Shown here piece by piece: positions 10,227 to 20,100 of a stretch of 46,500 nucleotides of DNA (its first letter is position 1; each line of letters opens with the position of its first letter). Both the position numbers and the translations under genes were made by a program. The notes under the pieces were generated by a model. It worked only from the letters and a program-made list of their open reading frames with translations, was not told the DNA's origin and did no database searches. The stretch comes from a virus (taxonomy: Duplodnaviria; Caudoviricetes). The stretch is from positions 1 to 46,500 of the IMG/VR virus record IMGVR_UViG_3300020045_008194. The stretch is one strand, 5' to 3'.

Positions 10227-10717
10227 TATTTACCCCTTTCGTATCCTGTAAGACCTGTCTTTGCAGCACCTGCGACAGAGTTAAACATTGTAGTAGCTGC
10301 TTTCATATTTGCATCTGCACGTTGAAGTGCTCCAGTATTTCTAAAGTCGTTAGCTTGTGATATATAACCAAGAGCTTTTTCTTGAGAGGCTTTCTCTATC
10401 TCCATAAGGTTCATCATGCCTGTAAACTTTGCTTCTTCTTTTTTAGCTGAAGCTGTACCGTATGAAGTATCTACATCTTGAGCAGCTTGAATAAGCTGTT
10501 GTTCTGCAAGTACATCGTCAATCACACCTTGGTAACGTGCCTGCTGAGTTTGTCCTTCAGCTAAAGCATCGTAAGCATCAAGCTCTGCGAACTCAGCGTT
10601 CTGATCTGCGATTTCTTGATTTAATTTTGCCGTTGCTTTAATGTTCTGTGAAGCGAAATATCCACCTGCTAATTCAAGTGCTGCTACTCCACCGTACAAT
10701 GCTAATTGTGCTGCCAT
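10226..10717 (-). CDS. Small internal virion (ejection) protein, T7 gp14-like position
   Basis: 163 aa, Ala/Gln-rich with hydrophobic Gly/Ala termini, directly after tail tubular protein B. Confidence 0.65.
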   Translation of the reverse strand: MAAQLALYGGVAALELAGGYFASQNIKATAKLNQEIADQNAEFAELDAYDALAEGQTQQARYQGVIDDVLAEQQLIQAAQDVDTSYGTASAKKEEAKFTGMMNLMEIEKASQEKALGYISQANDFRNTGALQRADANMKAATTMFNSVAGAAKTGLTGYERGK

Positions 10718-13297
10718 TTATCTATCACTCCTTTTTAAAATTTCCAAATCAAGTATGATTGAAAGTATTTCAAAATGTAATGGATCTACTTGTCTCATTG
10801 CAACTTTACCTTGAGTATTCCACGATCCACCTAAAGTTTTTTCAATCCTTCTAGATTGACCGGGTTTAGCACGATTTGCAATAATATCAGATCCGTCTGG
10901 TACTAAATTTGTATCAAGACTTTCCATTCCTTTAACACTTGTACCTTCTTCATCATTGGTAAGTGCTTCTGGAAACATGTTAGCTATGAATAAACCTTTA
11001 GTATCAGAAATTCTAATATAAACTTTATTAGGTGTCATTGACTCAATAACTGTAGGAGATTGTTCGACTGTACTTACATTTAGAGTTTGAACATCTGCAC
11101 ATATTGGACGACCTACAACCGTAATGGCCGAACGTATAGGTAACTCTAATTCTCCTCCGATAACTGACAACTGACTTATATCGTCTTCTTCGTTATCATT
11201 GTACGGAGAACTTACTACACCACCGTCACACATTACCGAAACTTCTTCACCTTCCAAGTAATCTAGACCTGTTACAGTGTCGTGAGTTTTATAAAGTCTA
11301 AAACCTTCAGCATTTAGAACTGGGAACTCTTCAGAAGGTTGAACTATAAGAGTATTTGTATTTGTAAAAGTTAAAACTGTAAGATCAATTTTATATTTTA
11401 ATTTAGGATGAAAAAATCTGAATACAGATCCAGCAGCTCCATTATCAGCAGTATTTGCAAATAACGCAGAAGTCCCACAAGTTAATGTCAACTGTCCTTC
11501 CCATTCACCTGATACAACAGGGATTAAAATTAATTCTTCTCCTGTTAACAAATTATCATTTAATGCTTCAACTTTAACAGTTAATGAATCCATGAAAGCA
11601 CCATATGCAATCATTTTATATTCAGGATTAGTTGATATCACAGAAGAAGGAGCATATCTAGGAACTGTACCTTCGATGTATCTCGTACCGTTTTTATTAA
11701 TTACAAAGAATGATGTATCAGCTAGTCCAGTACCCTCAACTTGTTCAGTAGGATAAATAGCATCATGTCTTGTCCATGCTTTTAGTTGGTGTTCATTACT
11801 GTAAGTATACGTTGCAAATTTTCCATCTGAGAATGTAACAATAATTAAAGGCACAACACCGTCTTGGTAACACCATGATTTAATCGTCCTCTCTTTGAAT
11901 AAATGGTTTGAAAATACTGACTGATCTAAAGCATCGTATTCTCCAGCTTCTTGTGAGTATGATAATTGACGTACACTACTTGTAGTTTTATCAACAAAGA
12001 ATAATCCTCCAGCAATTACCAAAGGGGGAATATCTACGTCAATAACCCATTTACCTCTACGTGCAAGTACAGTGTTGTCAGGTGAAAGAATTCCTACGTT
12101 TGCATAAATTCCCATCTTAGTAAAAACTATAAGTCCATCATTATCGATCATCCTTAAAACGTCTGCTCTTCCTGAACTACCTGCTTTAAAGTTTAAAGCT
12201 GAGTTTGCACTATAAGGATTGTCTCTGTAAAAATTATTTTGATATGCAGGACGTGAAGCTACAATTGCTTCTGGATTTGAACCTGCAACAATACCACCAG
12301 TAGCTATAAAAGCAGCATTACCTAGAAGCAATCTTTGTTGGTACATTATACCTGTTAAAAATTGATTTGAGGGGAAAGATGGAATATTAGAAAGTCCATC
12401 TAAGGTAACTAGCGTTTGAAGACTATTGTAATAATCAGGATCTGCACCAATGTCTTTAAAGGTAGCTTTAATCAATCCACCATCTACGAAAACCTTTGCT
12501 GCTCTACCAAGGAATCCAAATGCAGATCCTTCTTTGGGTCTTTGATATATTCTTACTTCGTTAAATGAATCAATCTGTGTGGGATCATCTCCTACTGTAA
12601 CAGTGAATTGATTTAATTCTCCAACATTGATCGGTTTTTTAAAAACTGGAGTAGCTGACATTATAGTTTCAATAGTTTCTTGTCCATCGTACATGACTGT
12701 CCATGCGTACTCAATATCGTAACCTGTCCCTCCAACTGATCCATCTTCGAAAGTATCTAAAACTGTAGTTGTAGGTATTTCAAAATATTCACCATTGTTT
12801 AAAACTGTCCAAGGAGATTGCAGAGGAATTACAGTTACAGCATAGTTAGATAAAGTTACTTTTCCACCAAAAATATAAACTCTGTCTTTGACTGTTTCAA
12901 AATGTAAATGTTCTAAGTCTTCAATTCCAAATAATGGAGCAGTATCTACTCCGATATCTGTTTCATATAAAAGATTGCCACCGAAATCATAAATTCTTAC
13001 ATAATTGTCTGCTTGAAAAAACCCCGGAATAAAATCGTCGTTAACGGTATCAGGATCATATCCTATTTCTAAAAGCAATCCTGCGTTTGGAGGACAGTAC
13101 AATCTTATAGGTCCATCATCGAATCTAGCTTTTTTAAATTGAAATCTTGAAAAACGAGAAATCAATGTACCAGTTTTTCCAATCATTGTATTTCTTGCAG
13201 TATCAAGTGCATTTTGAAATCTCTCCAGTGTTACTCGATCATGTAGTATTGGATCAAGTTCACCTGAAGAAAAACTGTATTGTGGTTTTAATGACAT
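10718..13297 (-). CDS. Tail tubular protein B (nozzle)
   Basis: N-terminal QYSFSSGELDP...R motif and internal QLKAWTRH motif typical of gp12-like nozzle proteins; 859 aa, beta-rich. Confidence 0.85.
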   Translation of the reverse strand: MSLKPQYSFSSGELDPILHDRVTLERFQNALDTARNTMIGKTGTLISRFSRFQFKKARFDDGPIRLYCPPNAGLLLEIGYDPDTVNDDFIPGFFQADNYVRIYDFGGNLLYETDIGVDTAPLFGIEDLEHLHFETVKDRVYIFGGKVTLSNYAVTVIPLQSPWTVLNNGEYFEIPTTTVLDTFEDGSVGGTGYDIEYAWTVMYDGQETIETIMSATPVFKKPINVGELNQFTVTVGDDPTQIDSFNEVRIYQRPKEGSAFGFLGRAAKVFVDGGLIKATFKDIGADPDYYNSLQTLVTLDGLSNIPSFPSNQFLTGIMYQQRLLLGNAAFIATGGIVAGSNPEAIVASRPAYQNNFYRDNPYSANSALNFKAGSSGRADVLRMIDNDGLIVFTKMGIYANVGILSPDNTVLARRGKWVIDVDIPPLVIAGGLFFVDKTTSSVRQLSYSQEAGEYDALDQSVFSNHLFKERTIKSWCYQDGVVPLIIVTFSDGKFATYTYSNEHQLKAWTRHDAIYPTEQVEGTGLADTSFFVINKNGTRYIEGTVPRYAPSSVISTNPEYKMIAYGAFMDSLTVKVEALNDNLLTGEELILIPVVSGEWEGQLTLTCGTSALFANTADNGAAGSVFRFFHPKLKYKIDLTVLTFTNTNTLIVQPSEEFPVLNAEGFRLYKTHDTVTGLDYLEGEEVSVMCDGGVVSSPYNDNEEDDISQLSVIGGELELPIRSAITVVGRPICADVQTLNVSTVEQSPTVIESMTPNKVYIRISDTKGLFIANMFPEALTNDEEGTSVKGMESLDTNLVPDGSDIIANRAKPGQSRRIEKTLGGSWNTQGKVAMRQVDPLHFEILSIILDLEILKRSDR

Positions 13298-13923
13298 TAT
13301 TCAGTCCTTGCAGAAACCCATTCAGATCTTTGTTGTGCAGTTTCAAAGTTACGGTTTTCACGAGCGTCTAGTTCTCTTGCGCTATCTAAAGCAAGAAGAT
13401 AATTTTGAAATATTTCTTGTCTTAAATTTTTTGCACCTTTTCCTGTAACCAGAGGAGCTGACAGGTATGCTAAAAGATAAGATACGGCCATACCTGCTGG
13501 AGAGCTTAAAGCATCCAAGGAAATATCAACAGGTACACACTCAATAACCGCTTGCTCTTGGTCAGTGTAGATGGCCTTTACACCATTATAGAGTTGAACT
13601 TTTTTATCGATAGCTGTGTAGATTGTATCTTGTCTAGCGCACGAACGAATTCTTCTCATAAATGCGCATCTTGTAGGATATTTGTAAGCATATCTATATT
13701 GATGTTCATTTTCGTCTAAAGTCGCTAGAAGTTCTAACGTGATTGATTCAGAGAGTGAATCGAGGTCCATCTCTTGTAAAGTCATCGTAAGAGCATCATC
13801 CCAAAATTGGTTTAATACTCTTACGATGTTTGTTTTGTTTGTTTCTGTATCTGACACCTGTTCGCTTAATAGCATTGCAGATATCGCATGATTGAAAGCT
13901 TTTACTTTTGAAAATGATGACAT
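13297..13923 (-). CDS. Tail tubular protein A (head-tail adaptor)
   Basis: YRYAYKYPTRC, IYTD and LAYLSAPLVTG motifs; 208 aa; immediately upstream of the nozzle gene. Confidence 0.8.
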   Translation of the reverse strand: MSSFSKVKAFNHAISAMLLSEQVSDTETNKTNIVRVLNQFWDDALTMTLQEMDLDSLSESITLELLATLDENEHQYRYAYKYPTRCAFMRRIRSCARQDTIYTAIDKKVQLYNGVKAIYTDQEQAVIECVPVDISLDALSSPAGMAVSYLLAYLSAPLVTGKGAKNLRQEIFQNYLLALDSARELDARENRNFETAQQRSEWVSARTE

Positions 13924-13950
13924 AAACTAATTCCCCTCTAAAAGACGAGG

Positions 13951-14463
13951 TTAATAGCGACTCATCTTTCTTCTTTGCATTTCTTTCTTTTCTCTTAAGA
14001 ATTGAACTCTCTTTTTCTCATGGTCTGGATCTACCATTCTCATCCAGTCTCCAACAGCTTCAAAACTATCTATAGTGAATTGATCATCTGTTTTAAGACG
14101 GAATTGATTGTAGAAGCCCGGTCTTGTAGCAATAGCTTCGAAACCTTCTTTCGACTCTGGAATTTTAAGACTGTTATGAATCTTAGTTTCAGCAGTTGTA
14201 TATTTAGGCTTCTTAAGTTCTGATTCTTCATCTTGTAAGAAGTGCTTATTAACCACAGGTTCTTGTGCTACTTCTTCAGTTTTTTCATTAAGGCCTACAG
14301 GACTTGAATCTGTGCCCGGAATCGCGCTCGCTGGCATATCCAAACTTGGAGTGCTAGCTTCTGCCGACACCCCAAGAGTAGGAGAGATCGAAGAAGGGGT
14401 ACTACCAACTTCGTCACTTGATTTTTTAGGAGCTGGCATCATTGATGGCATTTGTTTAGTCAC
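13951..14463 (-). CDS. Hypothetical virion-module protein (GTG start)
   Basis: Low-complexity Ser/Pro N-terminus plus small C-terminal domain (ATRPGFY...DQFTI...DWM); between cement and adaptor genes. Confidence 0.55.
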   Translation of the reverse strand: MTKQMPSMMPAPKKSSDEVGSTPSSISPTLGVSAEASTPSLDMPASAIPGTDSSPVGLNEKTEEVAQEPVVNKHFLQDEESELKKPKYTTAETKIHNSLKIPESKEGFEAIATRPGFYNQFRLKTDDQFTIDSFEAVGDWMRMVDPDHEKKRVQFLREKKEMQRRKMSRY

Positions 14464-14465
14464 GA

Positions 14466-14903
14466 CTACACCACCACGTTATTAACTTTAGGAAACGACT
14501 TGTACATTGGGATATCTTTTTGAAGACCAATGTAGATATCCATAGATGCAGTAGTTGTACCACCAGTAATAGTTACACGAGCACCAAGATACATCTTAGT
14601 CATTACACCTTGAGGAATTGGTACTTCGATTTCTTTACCTTTAATAAATTTTGCAGCGACAACAGATACACTGTTAAGAGCTTCAACGTTAGAAGTAAGA
14701 GCCGCATCGTCTGCTTGAATTACTTCAATTTGTACAGTTGATCCAGCACCTGCATTTACTGTAGGTCTTACAGAAAGTGCGATACGTTCCCCAATTGATA
14801 GATCTTGAGCTGCTGTTTGTTTTTTTCTTGAGTTAGTAGAAACAGTCGCAGCACCTGTAAAGGCCTGATTGACTGAAATTTGATCTTCAATATCTTCTCT
14901 CAT
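14466..14903 (-). CDS. Capsid cement/decoration protein (Bbp16-like)
   Basis: 145 aa beta-rich protein right after the MCP; SVNQAFT, DLSIG and KMYLGARVT patterns; AGGAG RBS. Confidence 0.75.
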   Translation of the reverse strand: MREDIEDQISVNQAFTGAATVSTNSRKKQTAAQDLSIGERIALSVRPTVNAGAGSTVQIEVIQADDAALTSNVEALNSVSVVAAKFIKGKEIEVPIPQGVMTKMYLGARVTITGGTTTASMDIYIGLQKDIPMYKSFPKVNNVVV

Positions 14904-14926
14904 AATCGTGATCTCCTGTAATGAGA

Positions 14927-14942
14927 AGGGGCTTTCGCCCCT
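14927..14942 (-). terminator. Stem-loop after major capsid gene (weak terminator or mRNA stabiliser)
   Basis: Minus strand AGGGGC-GAAA-GCCCCT (GNRA loop) followed by a poor U tract. Confidence 0.55.
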
Positions 14943-14954
14943 ATTAATTTTTTA

Positions 14955-15980
14955 TTAAGCAACTACTCTAGCTTCAGAGTTAAGAAGTGCATCCATTAAT
15001 CTCACTGGTGAGTTAAGGAACATTAAAACTCTTTGTCCTTGGTAGTTAGCGAAAGTCAGACCTGCACCTGCTGAAACTTTATTAAGAGCTTGCTTGTGAA
15101 GAGCAGCGAAAATCGTTCTGTTAACATACCAAACACCTTGACCATTCTCTTGTGAGTCGATCAGGTAGTCAGCAGAGATCATAAGATCGATCAAGTCTGC
15201 ACCTGTACCAGCTACAAGCTCAGAAATATCAATGTTAGCAATACGAGCAGCTTGACGGTAATCTTTTACAACTAGACCGTGATCTGTATGGAATTCTTCT
15301 TCGTAACCCCAGATTGAGCCAGGATTTCCGTTGATATCTAGAGCGTTGATCTTAACTTGCTTTCCACCAGCAGAGTGATCGATTCTCTTAATACCGTAAG
15401 TAGATCCAGCTTCATAAACACCAAAAATTGATCTCTCTCCCCAGTGGATTTTGTAGATCGAAGTGTTGTCTGAACCTGTACCACCAGCATCGATAATTTG
15501 CTTAGACGTTTCTTCTGCTGTGTTAAGAGTAGAATAAATATCTGCAAGACCTGCTGTTTTTTGATTTGATTGAACTGGAGAACCGTAGATGATTAACGAA
15601 GCGTGCTCGTTAGAGTGTGCTTGTAAATGTCCTTGAGCTTGATTCCAACGGTTGTAGTTAATGTTTTGCTCACCACCACGTCTAGCAACAGCAGCGTCGA
15701 TCTCTGATTTAGACTCGAAGTGAGTTGCAGAGAACGATCTTTCTTCTGTAGTTGTTTTAGAAGTTGGGATCGCTTGGTTAGCTTTTCTGTAATAAACTTC
15801 TGGAAGCGCAGAACGGATAGACTCTTTGTGAATTGTCCCTTCGTTCATTTGCATGTATGGAATGTCTCTCAACATGGCATTGTATTGAACAAGCACTTCA
15901 GCGACCTTTCCAATTTTTTTATTACCAGTGTCTTTAGAAACGTCCAGCATCGTTAAAATGTTTGCACCTTTTGCAGCCAT
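14955..15980 (-). CDS. Major capsid protein (BPP-1 Bbp17-like)
   Basis: 341 aa; DAGGTGSDNTSIY, GLVVKDYRQAARIANID and C-terminal DALLNSEARVV are characteristic of this MCP family; GGAGG RBS. Confidence 0.9.
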   Translation of the reverse strand: MAAKGANILTMLDVSKDTGNKKIGKVAEVLVQYNAMLRDIPYMQMNEGTIHKESIRSALPEVYYRKANQAIPTSKTTTEERSFSATHFESKSEIDAAVARRGGEQNINYNRWNQAQGHLQAHSNEHASLIIYGSPVQSNQKTAGLADIYSTLNTAEETSKQIIDAGGTGSDNTSIYKIHWGERSIFGVYEAGSTYGIKRIDHSAGGKQVKINALDINGNPGSIWGYEEEFHTDHGLVVKDYRQAARIANIDISELVAGTGADLIDLMISADYLIDSQENGQGVWYVNRTIFAALHKQALNKVSAGAGLTFANYQGQRVLMFLNSPVRLMDALLNSEARVVA

Positions 15981-16003
15981 ATCTTAATCCTCCATAAAGT
16001 TTG

Positions 16004-16771
16004 TTACGCGTAGAAATCGTCCACATCATTTGATTTCTTTTTTCCAGCTTCTGAAGGGTCTCCATGCACCAAGGGTGTTTTAGGATACAGAGCTTTAGAT
16101 AACTGAAAAAGATCTCTCATAAGATAAGGAGGCATCATACCTGCCTTCTCTGTCAACTGTTTTTTCATATTCGGTAAATTATTTTCTAATACCTTATTAA
16201 TTTGCTTGATATTGTGGTCAAAATTCTTACCACCTATCTCTGGATCTTCTTTAATTTCCTTCTTCCAAGCAGCATTTCTAGTCTTGATGGCCTCTGCTTG
16301 TTGTTTAGCAAAAGCTTCAGATTCTTCCTGTACAAGCTTTCCATAACTCTTTAATTGATCAGGAGTTAAATTATTATCCTTGGCAAATTTTTGAATTTTT
16401 TCTTTATCTAAAGTTTCTGGAAGTTCTTTTACAGCTTCAGCAATAGCGTGAGCTGCTTTTTCTTCTTCAGTTGCTGTTGCAGGATCGAAAGGTTTTTCTT
16501 CCTTTTTTTCAGGTGGAGGAGTTTCTTCAACTTCACCATCGTCTTCATATCCTGTTAAAGTTTTTTTCTCACCATCATCAACAGGAGTTTCATCATCTAC
16601 TGGTGGTGGATCATTTTTTGGAGCTGGTGTATTGTCATTGTCATAACCAAAATCACCATCGTCCACATTATTATTACTAGTAAGATCTAACAGATCTTCA
16701 ACTGTGATCTCTTCATTCTCTGTCGTCGTAAAGTCCGTTGTCGATTCTGTATTGTTCGTATTTGTCTGCAT
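16004..16771 (-). CDS. Capsid scaffolding protein
   Basis: Acidic, Pro-rich N-terminus, helical C-terminus with DPEIGG motif; directly upstream of the MCP. Start moved to ATG 16771 (AGGAG RBS). Confidence 0.75.
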   Translation of the reverse strand: MQTNTNNTESTTDFTTTENEEITVEDLLDLTSNNNVDDGDFGYDNDNTPAPKNDPPPVDDETPVDDGEKKTLTGYEDDGEVEETPPPEKKEEKPFDPATATEEEKAAHAIAEAVKELPETLDKEKIQKFAKDNNLTPDQLKSYGKLVQEESEAFAKQQAEAIKTRNAAWKKEIKEDPEIGGKNFDHNIKQINKVLENNLPNMKKQLTEKAGMMPPYLMRDLFQLSKALYPKTPLVHGDPSEAGKKKSNDVDDFYA

Positions 16772-17075
16772 ATCTCTCCTTCTCCAATTCTGATAATAGT
16801 GTTGCTGCCTCGTCCGAGTTAGCTTCACACGCTAGTTTATAAATTTCTTTTCCTGCCCTTAAAAAACCTAATGATTCAAAAAATACATTTCCACTCAGTG
16901 AAGGATCGGGAAGAGTCATTACTTCAAATGCCTTAAAAAGATATTTGAAAAACGATCTTCCTTCCCTAGTTTTCATTAATGCTGATATTGCCAAGAGTGC
17001 GTCCCGGTGTTCGGTTTGCTCTTGTATCTCTTTTCGTGCCTCACGCTCAAGTGCCCTTTGTGTTGCGTCTTTCAT
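16713..17075 (-). CDS. Bbp19-like head module protein
   Basis: LMKTREGRSFF...FFESLG pattern; lies between portal and scaffold as in BPP-1-like phages. Confidence 0.65.
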   Translation of the reverse strand: MKDATQRALEREARKEIQEQTEHRDALLAISALMKTREGRSFFKYLFKAFEVMTLPDPSLSGNVFFESLGFLRAGKEIYKLACEANSDEAATLLSELEKERYADKYEQYRIDNGLYDDRE

Positions 17076-17079
17076 ATAA

Positions 17080-17571
17080 TTAGTTAGCGTCTGACCACGT
17101 ACCTAGGATTCCAACAACTACCCATTGCGAAGCTGAGACTGCTTGTAATGTAATAGTATTTCCTAGAGTAGCGTTTCTGATCATATCTCCAGCAGCATTG
17201 GTCTGAACTAAAATTTGATCAGCAGTATCAGGATTTACATCAAAGTTAGCAGCATTAAGTGTAACAAAAGTTAACTTACAACCTGGCACTGTTGAAGCTT
17301 CTGGAAGTTCCATTTGTACTGCTGCTGTATTGTAGAATGTTCTTCCACACTGAGCTGATGTAATTGCAGTTGCTGTTGCTGCTACAAGTGTAGAGTTAGC
17401 AGATGATGAAACAACATTTACAATTCCACCTTTAATCTTAGTACATGTCAAACCTGCTGCGCAGTTCATTCCTGAAAATACACCTAAAGATTTTCCAGCA
17501 GACTTAACTTCAAATCCTGCGTGAGCTGTTAATGAGAAAAAAGCGACTGCGAGTAATAATAACTTTTTCAT
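17080..17571 (-). CDS. Signal-peptide-bearing beta-rich protein in head module (putative decoration/fibre)
   Basis: Start 17571 (GGAGGG RBS): MKKLLLLAVAFFSLTAHA-GFEV...; four Cys; C-terminus (ELPEASTVPGCKLTF...QWVV...GTW) resembles fibre/decoration tip domains. Confidence 0.7.
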   Translation of the reverse strand: MKKLLLLAVAFFSLTAHAGFEVKSAGKSLGVFSGMNCAAGLTCTKIKGGIVNVVSSSANSTLVAATATAITSAQCGRTFYNTAAVQMELPEASTVPGCKLTFVTLNAANFDVNPDTADQILVQTNAAGDMIRNATLGNTITLQAVSASQWVVVGILGTWSDAN

Positions 17572-17590
17572 AATTCCCTCCAAGGAATAT

Positions 17591-19306
17591 TTATTGTTGA
17601 AGACTTGAAATATCTTTTGCAGCTCCAGCTACTGCTGGTAAAGTTTCCTGAAGCATTTGTGTACGCTGTTGTTGCATTTGAGCTTGCTCTCTCATTGCAT
17701 CTACTTTGGCCTGAGGTCTATTTAATCCAGAAGGTAAGTACAGTCGATCTTCGTACATATCAGCATATTTATCAACATCAAATTTTTCAAGAATTCTTGG
17801 ATCAATTTGACCAACATTCATAACCATAGCAGCGTAACGATCCATTGCGGGTAGATCTGCTGCTTTTTGAGCTTGGGCAAAAATTGAAACCAATTCTGGA
17901 TTCAACGCTTGACCTTCTAGGCTTTCTGGAGGTGGTTTCAAATATGGATCTTCAAATAATACATAGTCCATAACCCATTCGAGTACAGGTACATTGTAAG
18001 TTCTATTTAGAGCTTGAAGTGCTGGACCTACTACGCGATTCTGTTCATCTACGATAGCAGCAGTTTCAGTAGCTGTTCTAGTCTTAGGATTTCTTGAAAG
18101 ATACAATAAGAAGTCAGCGTAGTATGCTTTCTCCACCATGTTTCTTAAGTCTGCTACATCTCCAATAAGAGGAGCTATACCTCGACCATCAATATTATAA
18201 ATAGATTCAAGTTTCATCTTAGCGTTCATTGATTTTGAATCAAGTGGAACGTAAGTATTAGCAGCTTGAGATATGTAAGATTTTTTTAAATTAGCTGGAC
18301 CTTGTAGAGCAGGAGCTAACATTTTTTCTAATGCTTCATCTTTACCAATTGCTTTTTTATTTAAAGACTTGATAAGACCAAGGATATCAGAAGACGCTCC
18401 CTTTAAACCGTACTCAAAATCATCTGTAGATTTTCCAACGATAAAAGGTTTTCTCTTAGTACTTTTGTGTTCTAAGAATACGTCCATATCTTTATCAGAA
18501 GTGAAAGGTTCAAATGCGCTTCCATCCGCATAGTTCCCTGTACCACGTCCAGCAGCTCCGATCTCATAAGTTAGATCCACCCAAAAACGATTGTAAGGGC
18601 CATCTGGATTTCTGATATCATATTCAGGGTTAGGCATGATAACCTGAACTAAATCTACCATCTCGTCATACACAGATTGTTCATACATTCTTTTTACACG
18701 AGAAGAAATATTTGACCAATCAGGACTTCCATCTTTTTTCTTTTTAGCATATCTATCTACGATTGCTTTTACATTTAATGAAAATTCTCTGATGAAAACA
18801 TTAGCTTCACCATAAGAATCGTTAAGTACAAAATATGAACCGGGGAGAAACGTGTGAACAAAAAACCCACCAGTCATCAATTCTTCCATATAGTGAGCAC
18901 CTGTATTAACTATATGGTAGTCACCGTAGAAAATCCCAGCAGCATTATAAAAGTTACTTGTAGAAAGATAATTCATTACCCTTCCAGTATAGTGTTGAAG
19001 CCATGCTTTATCTTCGTCGTTACCACTTGTCTCAGTATTTTTAGAAGTGATACGCGCCCAAGGACGACTAGTAGAAGTGTTACCTTCAGAAAATCCAGCA
19101 ACGCATGAACGATGCGCAAACAAATGTGTTGGGTCTACAATATGTTGATTTTGTCTTTCACCTGGCGTTTGACTTAAAATCCAACTTGCTCTTTCTGGAG
19201 AACACCATCTTAGTAAATCACACCATGTACCACGAACACGATCAAACTTGTTCTTGGCACGTTGACGTAAAATCTCACATTGTTGTTTTGATATTTTATT
19301 CATCAT
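17591..19306 (-). CDS. Portal (head-tail connector) protein
   Basis: 571 aa; STSRPW, YLSTSNFY, RTATE and Gln-rich C-terminus typical of T7 gp8/Bbp21-like portals. Confidence 0.9.
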   Translation of the reverse strand: MMNKISKQQCEILRQRAKNKFDRVRGTWCDLLRWCSPERASWILSQTPGERQNQHIVDPTHLFAHRSCVAGFSEGNTSTSRPWARITSKNTETSGNDEDKAWLQHYTGRVMNYLSTSNFYNAAGIFYGDYHIVNTGAHYMEELMTGGFFVHTFLPGSYFVLNDSYGEANVFIREFSLNVKAIVDRYAKKKKDGSPDWSNISSRVKRMYEQSVYDEMVDLVQVIMPNPEYDIRNPDGPYNRFWVDLTYEIGAAGRGTGNYADGSAFEPFTSDKDMDVFLEHKSTKRKPFIVGKSTDDFEYGLKGASSDILGLIKSLNKKAIGKDEALEKMLAPALQGPANLKKSYISQAANTYVPLDSKSMNAKMKLESIYNIDGRGIAPLIGDVADLRNMVEKAYYADFLLYLSRNPKTRTATETAAIVDEQNRVVGPALQALNRTYNVPVLEWVMDYVLFEDPYLKPPPESLEGQALNPELVSIFAQAQKAADLPAMDRYAAMVMNVGQIDPRILEKFDVDKYADMYEDRLYLPSGLNRPQAKVDAMREQAQMQQQRTQMLQETLPAVAGAAKDISSLQQ

Positions 19307-19668
19307 AGTCCTAAGAAGTCTGTAGTACCACCCAGAGGTGTTGCTGTTTTATTTGTTGTAGCTCTTCTAACTGTACTACTTCCAGCTTCCTGAGAAGCTT
19401 TAATTTGATTCTGTTGATTTTGTAATTGAGCGTTTTGTCTATTTTTCAAAGCGTCTTCTGTGCTTTTCTCAAATTGATCACGAGCAAGAGCATTAGCTTC
19501 TTCCGCTGCTGTTGCACCAGTTACTTCCTTCACACCTTTAACTACAGGTTTACCGGTAACTCCTGCCTTAGCTCCATCTTTTCCGTAACCGACAAGACCT
19601 GCTGTAGCAAGTTGCGTGTTGACGTTTATAAAGTCATCTAATACGTCTATACCTGTTCCACCACTCAC
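19303..19668 (-). CDS. Small virion-associated protein upstream of portal
   Basis: Gly-rich N-terminus, Gln/Ala coiled coil, ends ...DFLGL; usual position before the portal in podophages. Confidence 0.55.
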   Translation of the reverse strand: MSGGTGIDVLDDFINVNTQLATAGLVGYGKDGAKAGVTGKPVVKGVKEVTGATAAEEANALARDQFEKSTEDALKNRQNAQLQNQQNQIKASQEAGSSTVRRATTNKTATPLGGTTDFLGL

Positions 19669-20100
19669 TCATACCTCCAACCTGTACCAAACCTCTAACT
19701 CCTTAAATCCCCATCTCTTAATAGTTGCAGGTTTAATGTTAGTGTGCTTTGTCAACATAGTAATTATATGATTAGCTTCAGTTTTGCCAATGTCAATGAA
19801 ATTCTGGAATAGCTTGAAAGCCGTTCTACCTGAGTCAGGTTTTACGTAGAATATTTGCTGCTGTAGAATCTTTACGTTTACATCTAAGGGACTTCTAGTT
19901 AACCAAGAGATATGGAAACCGCGTATCTCTCCATCTCTGCGTCCAACTAAAAATACGGCCTTTTCGGTCATTGCTGGAAAAGCAGCGTTCTCATAATTAA
20001 ATACACCATCGAAAAGCTCGCTAAGATAGTCACCGTTGTCGATAATAAAAGTATGTAAATCACGATCGTATGTGTGAACTCTTTCAACAGTGTATAACAT
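19669..20100 (-). CDS. GNAT-fold-like protein
   Basis: FYVKPDSGR and KRWGFKELE resemble acetyltransferase-fold motifs; such genes often sit between terL and portal. Confidence 0.55.
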   Translation of the reverse strand: MLYTVERVHTYDRDLHTFIIDNGDYLSELFDGVFNYENAAFPAMTEKAVFLVGRRDGEIRGFHISWLTRSPLDVNVKILQQQIFYVKPDSGRTAFKLFQNFIDIGKTEANHIITMLTKHTNIKPATIKRWGFKELEVWYRLEV

